From Stylophora pistillata (Eukaryota): a DNA stretch of 64,000 nucleotides. The stretch covers positions 44,327 to 108,326 of the forward strand of contig NW_019218559.1 of assembly GCF_002571385.2 (NCBI RefSeq), in the 5' to 3' direction. Under the pieces are notes generated by a model that was given only the letters and a program-made list of their open reading frames with translations, was not told the origin of the DNA and made no database searches. Position numbers and translations under genes: made by a program. Positions 62,701-64,000 of the stretch are shown piece after piece; positions within the stretch are counted from its first letter, which is position 1; every line of letters begins with the position of its first letter.

Positions 62701-63074
62701 TAAAGGGTTAAACAATGTTAAGGGTCTGTTAAAGCTGCCACATATTCCAACTCACCTTGAAATGTTCAAAAACCAGTTTCTTTACATAAGCAATGTCATG
62801 CTGTGGGGGGTCCAGCCCATCTTCAGCATTAAACACTGCTTTGATAGCCATGTGTGATATACAAAATGCTGCCAAAAAAAAAGAAGGAATGTTGAAGCTT
62901 TGAATTGATTAGAACATTAAGAGGTAATAGTAATCATGGGACGGTTGAATCCTTTAAAGTTACCTGATCCCTCATCACCGATCATGTGACCCCACCCACC
63001 ACAGTTGAATGTTTGACCATTTGGCGTCAACATTTGACAGTTGGAGCCAGTCCCTGATATCAACACTATGCCAC
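53791..63074 (-). CDS. NAGK: N-acetyl-D-glucosamine kinase, 3' part (5' exons beyond window end)
   Basis: Exons (minus): 63074-62964 ([13 protein letters not shown]...[13 protein letters not shown]), 62868-62756, 60478-60391 (duplicate copy 58787-58700), 57992-57892, 54446-54356 ([14 protein letters not shown]), 53975-53791 ([11 protein letters not shown]). Confidence 0.93.
54534..54936. mobile_element. PIF/Harbinger (Tourist-like) MITE
   Basis: TIR GGCCCTGTTTACAAG / CTTGTAAACAGGGCC; TAA target duplication at 54531-33 and 54937-39; repeated internal palindrome AGGGTWACCCT. Confidence 0.85.
55308..55424 (-). repeat. 39-bp tandem repeat x3 within LINE ORF2 C-terminus
   Basis: Encodes [10 protein letters not shown](S/C)LP three times. 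Confidence 0.9.
56659..56818 (-). mobile_element. Short Penelope-type repeat with hammerhead-like motif inserted in the LINE
   Basis: Flanked by direct repeat TAATTTAGATG (~56648 and ~56819). Minus strand reads GCT-CCGACGA-A-GGGC-TAAC-GCTC-GAAA-TGTC-AGC. Same family in + orientation at ~59055-59225 and ~60746-60915. Confidence 0.6.
58056..60975. repeat. ~1.2-kb near-identical direct duplication flanking an N-gap (58056-59283 vs 59747-60975)
   Basis: Offset 1691 bp, with only a few substitutions (e.g. GAACACGT vs GAACAGGT). Includes one NAGK exon. Confidence 0.92.
61056..61421. mobile_element. Solo LTR (366 bp)
   Basis: Starts TGTAG, ends TAACA, flanked by 5-bp direct repeat AATTC (61051-55 / 61422-26). 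Interrupts a short dispersed repeat that resumes seamlessly (AACAAATTC|TCCCTGTC). Confidence 0.75.
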
Positions 63075-64000
63075 CTGCAAAAAAAATTTTTTAAAAGTCA
63101 CTCAAATGCAAGGAAATATTATTTTATTGGGGAGTAGGGATGGAATCAGTGAATGGGTAACTGAGAACTGTTGAAGAAAGCTGAGGATGAATAACCTGCC
63201 ATGGGTCCCATCCAGACAGAGAAACAACACTCCTGGTTACTTCATGGTACAGAAGCTGGTTTCATCCAACCGTTTCCACCCTAACATCAGTATGCATATT
63301 CTCCATACTGTTCTCTATACATTTCCTAAGATGCTGACAAGGAGAATTTGTTTAAAAATCAACAGCTTCTTTATTGGTGATTATTTTCTCTATTCTCGCA
63401 TAGTTAATAGAGGGGACTGGTTAGGAGACCCGGCGAACATCAGAGGTGCGGCCTATTGTTTCGTATTTGATGTTGAACTGCACTGTGACGTCACAGCGAG
63501 AGTGCACATCAAAAACAAAGATGGCGGACATTGTGGAACATTTTCTCTTGTTTAGGGAATATTTGGACGGAATTCCAGTTTTTGGGCCAGATAAAGATAT
63601 CGAAGAGTAGTTTAAAGCTTCAATAAACATGTGAGCACATATTTTGCATCTCATAAGAAAATTTGGTGTAATTAAAAAGATTTTTACTCGCTATTCCTGG
63701 CGCTACTCTATGGCCTATCGATGCTAATCCAAGTATTTATATATTTTCTTTGTCTAATTTGCTATGTCAGAAACTTGAATTTTCAATTCTTTCTTTTGTT
63801 CTTCTTTTGTACCTTTTTTTTTTGTATTTATTTTGTATATTAAACCCATTTTTAACGGACAAAACGATATAGAAAACATCATCACTACATGTATCTTCGA
63901 AAAATTGAGTCATACTCTCAGTTCAGCTGTACAAAGAGTCAATATAAAATGAAAAGGTAGTTAATTCATTGGAAGAGCTTAGAGAAAACACCTCCGACTT

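Noticed and set aside
61787-62857. Long ORFs spanning N-gaps (also 1185-1669, 49278-49946, 59431-59775)
   Set aside because: Artefacts of N runs.

Overview
Eukaryotic, intron-rich, AT-rich animal genomic DNA with five N-gaps. A stony coral is the most likely source; this is inferred from ShKT-trypsin, the repeat families and a hammerhead element, not proven. I spliced eight protein-coding genes by hand from GT-AG boundaries: PDHB (-, 13 exons) head-to-head with a class II ARF (ARF4-like, +, 6 exons) across a 255-bp bidirectional promoter; a head-to-head pair of rolling-stone-like membrane-protein paralogs; a secreted 2xShKT-trypsin; an abLIM (4 LIM + villin headpiece); a DUF229 type II membrane protein with a repeat stalk; and the 3' part of NAGK (-). 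Introns and intergenic DNA hold tRNA-derived SINEs, several MITEs, a degenerate CR1/L2-type LINE, a solo LTR and minisatellites. The most notable non-coding signals are an intact-core type I hammerhead ribozyme (22883-22934) in a retrozyme-like unit downstream of a gene, several degenerate Penelope-type hammerhead-like motifs, a perfect 41-bp hairpin, and a coding tandem repeat built from CRE and CCAAT motifs.
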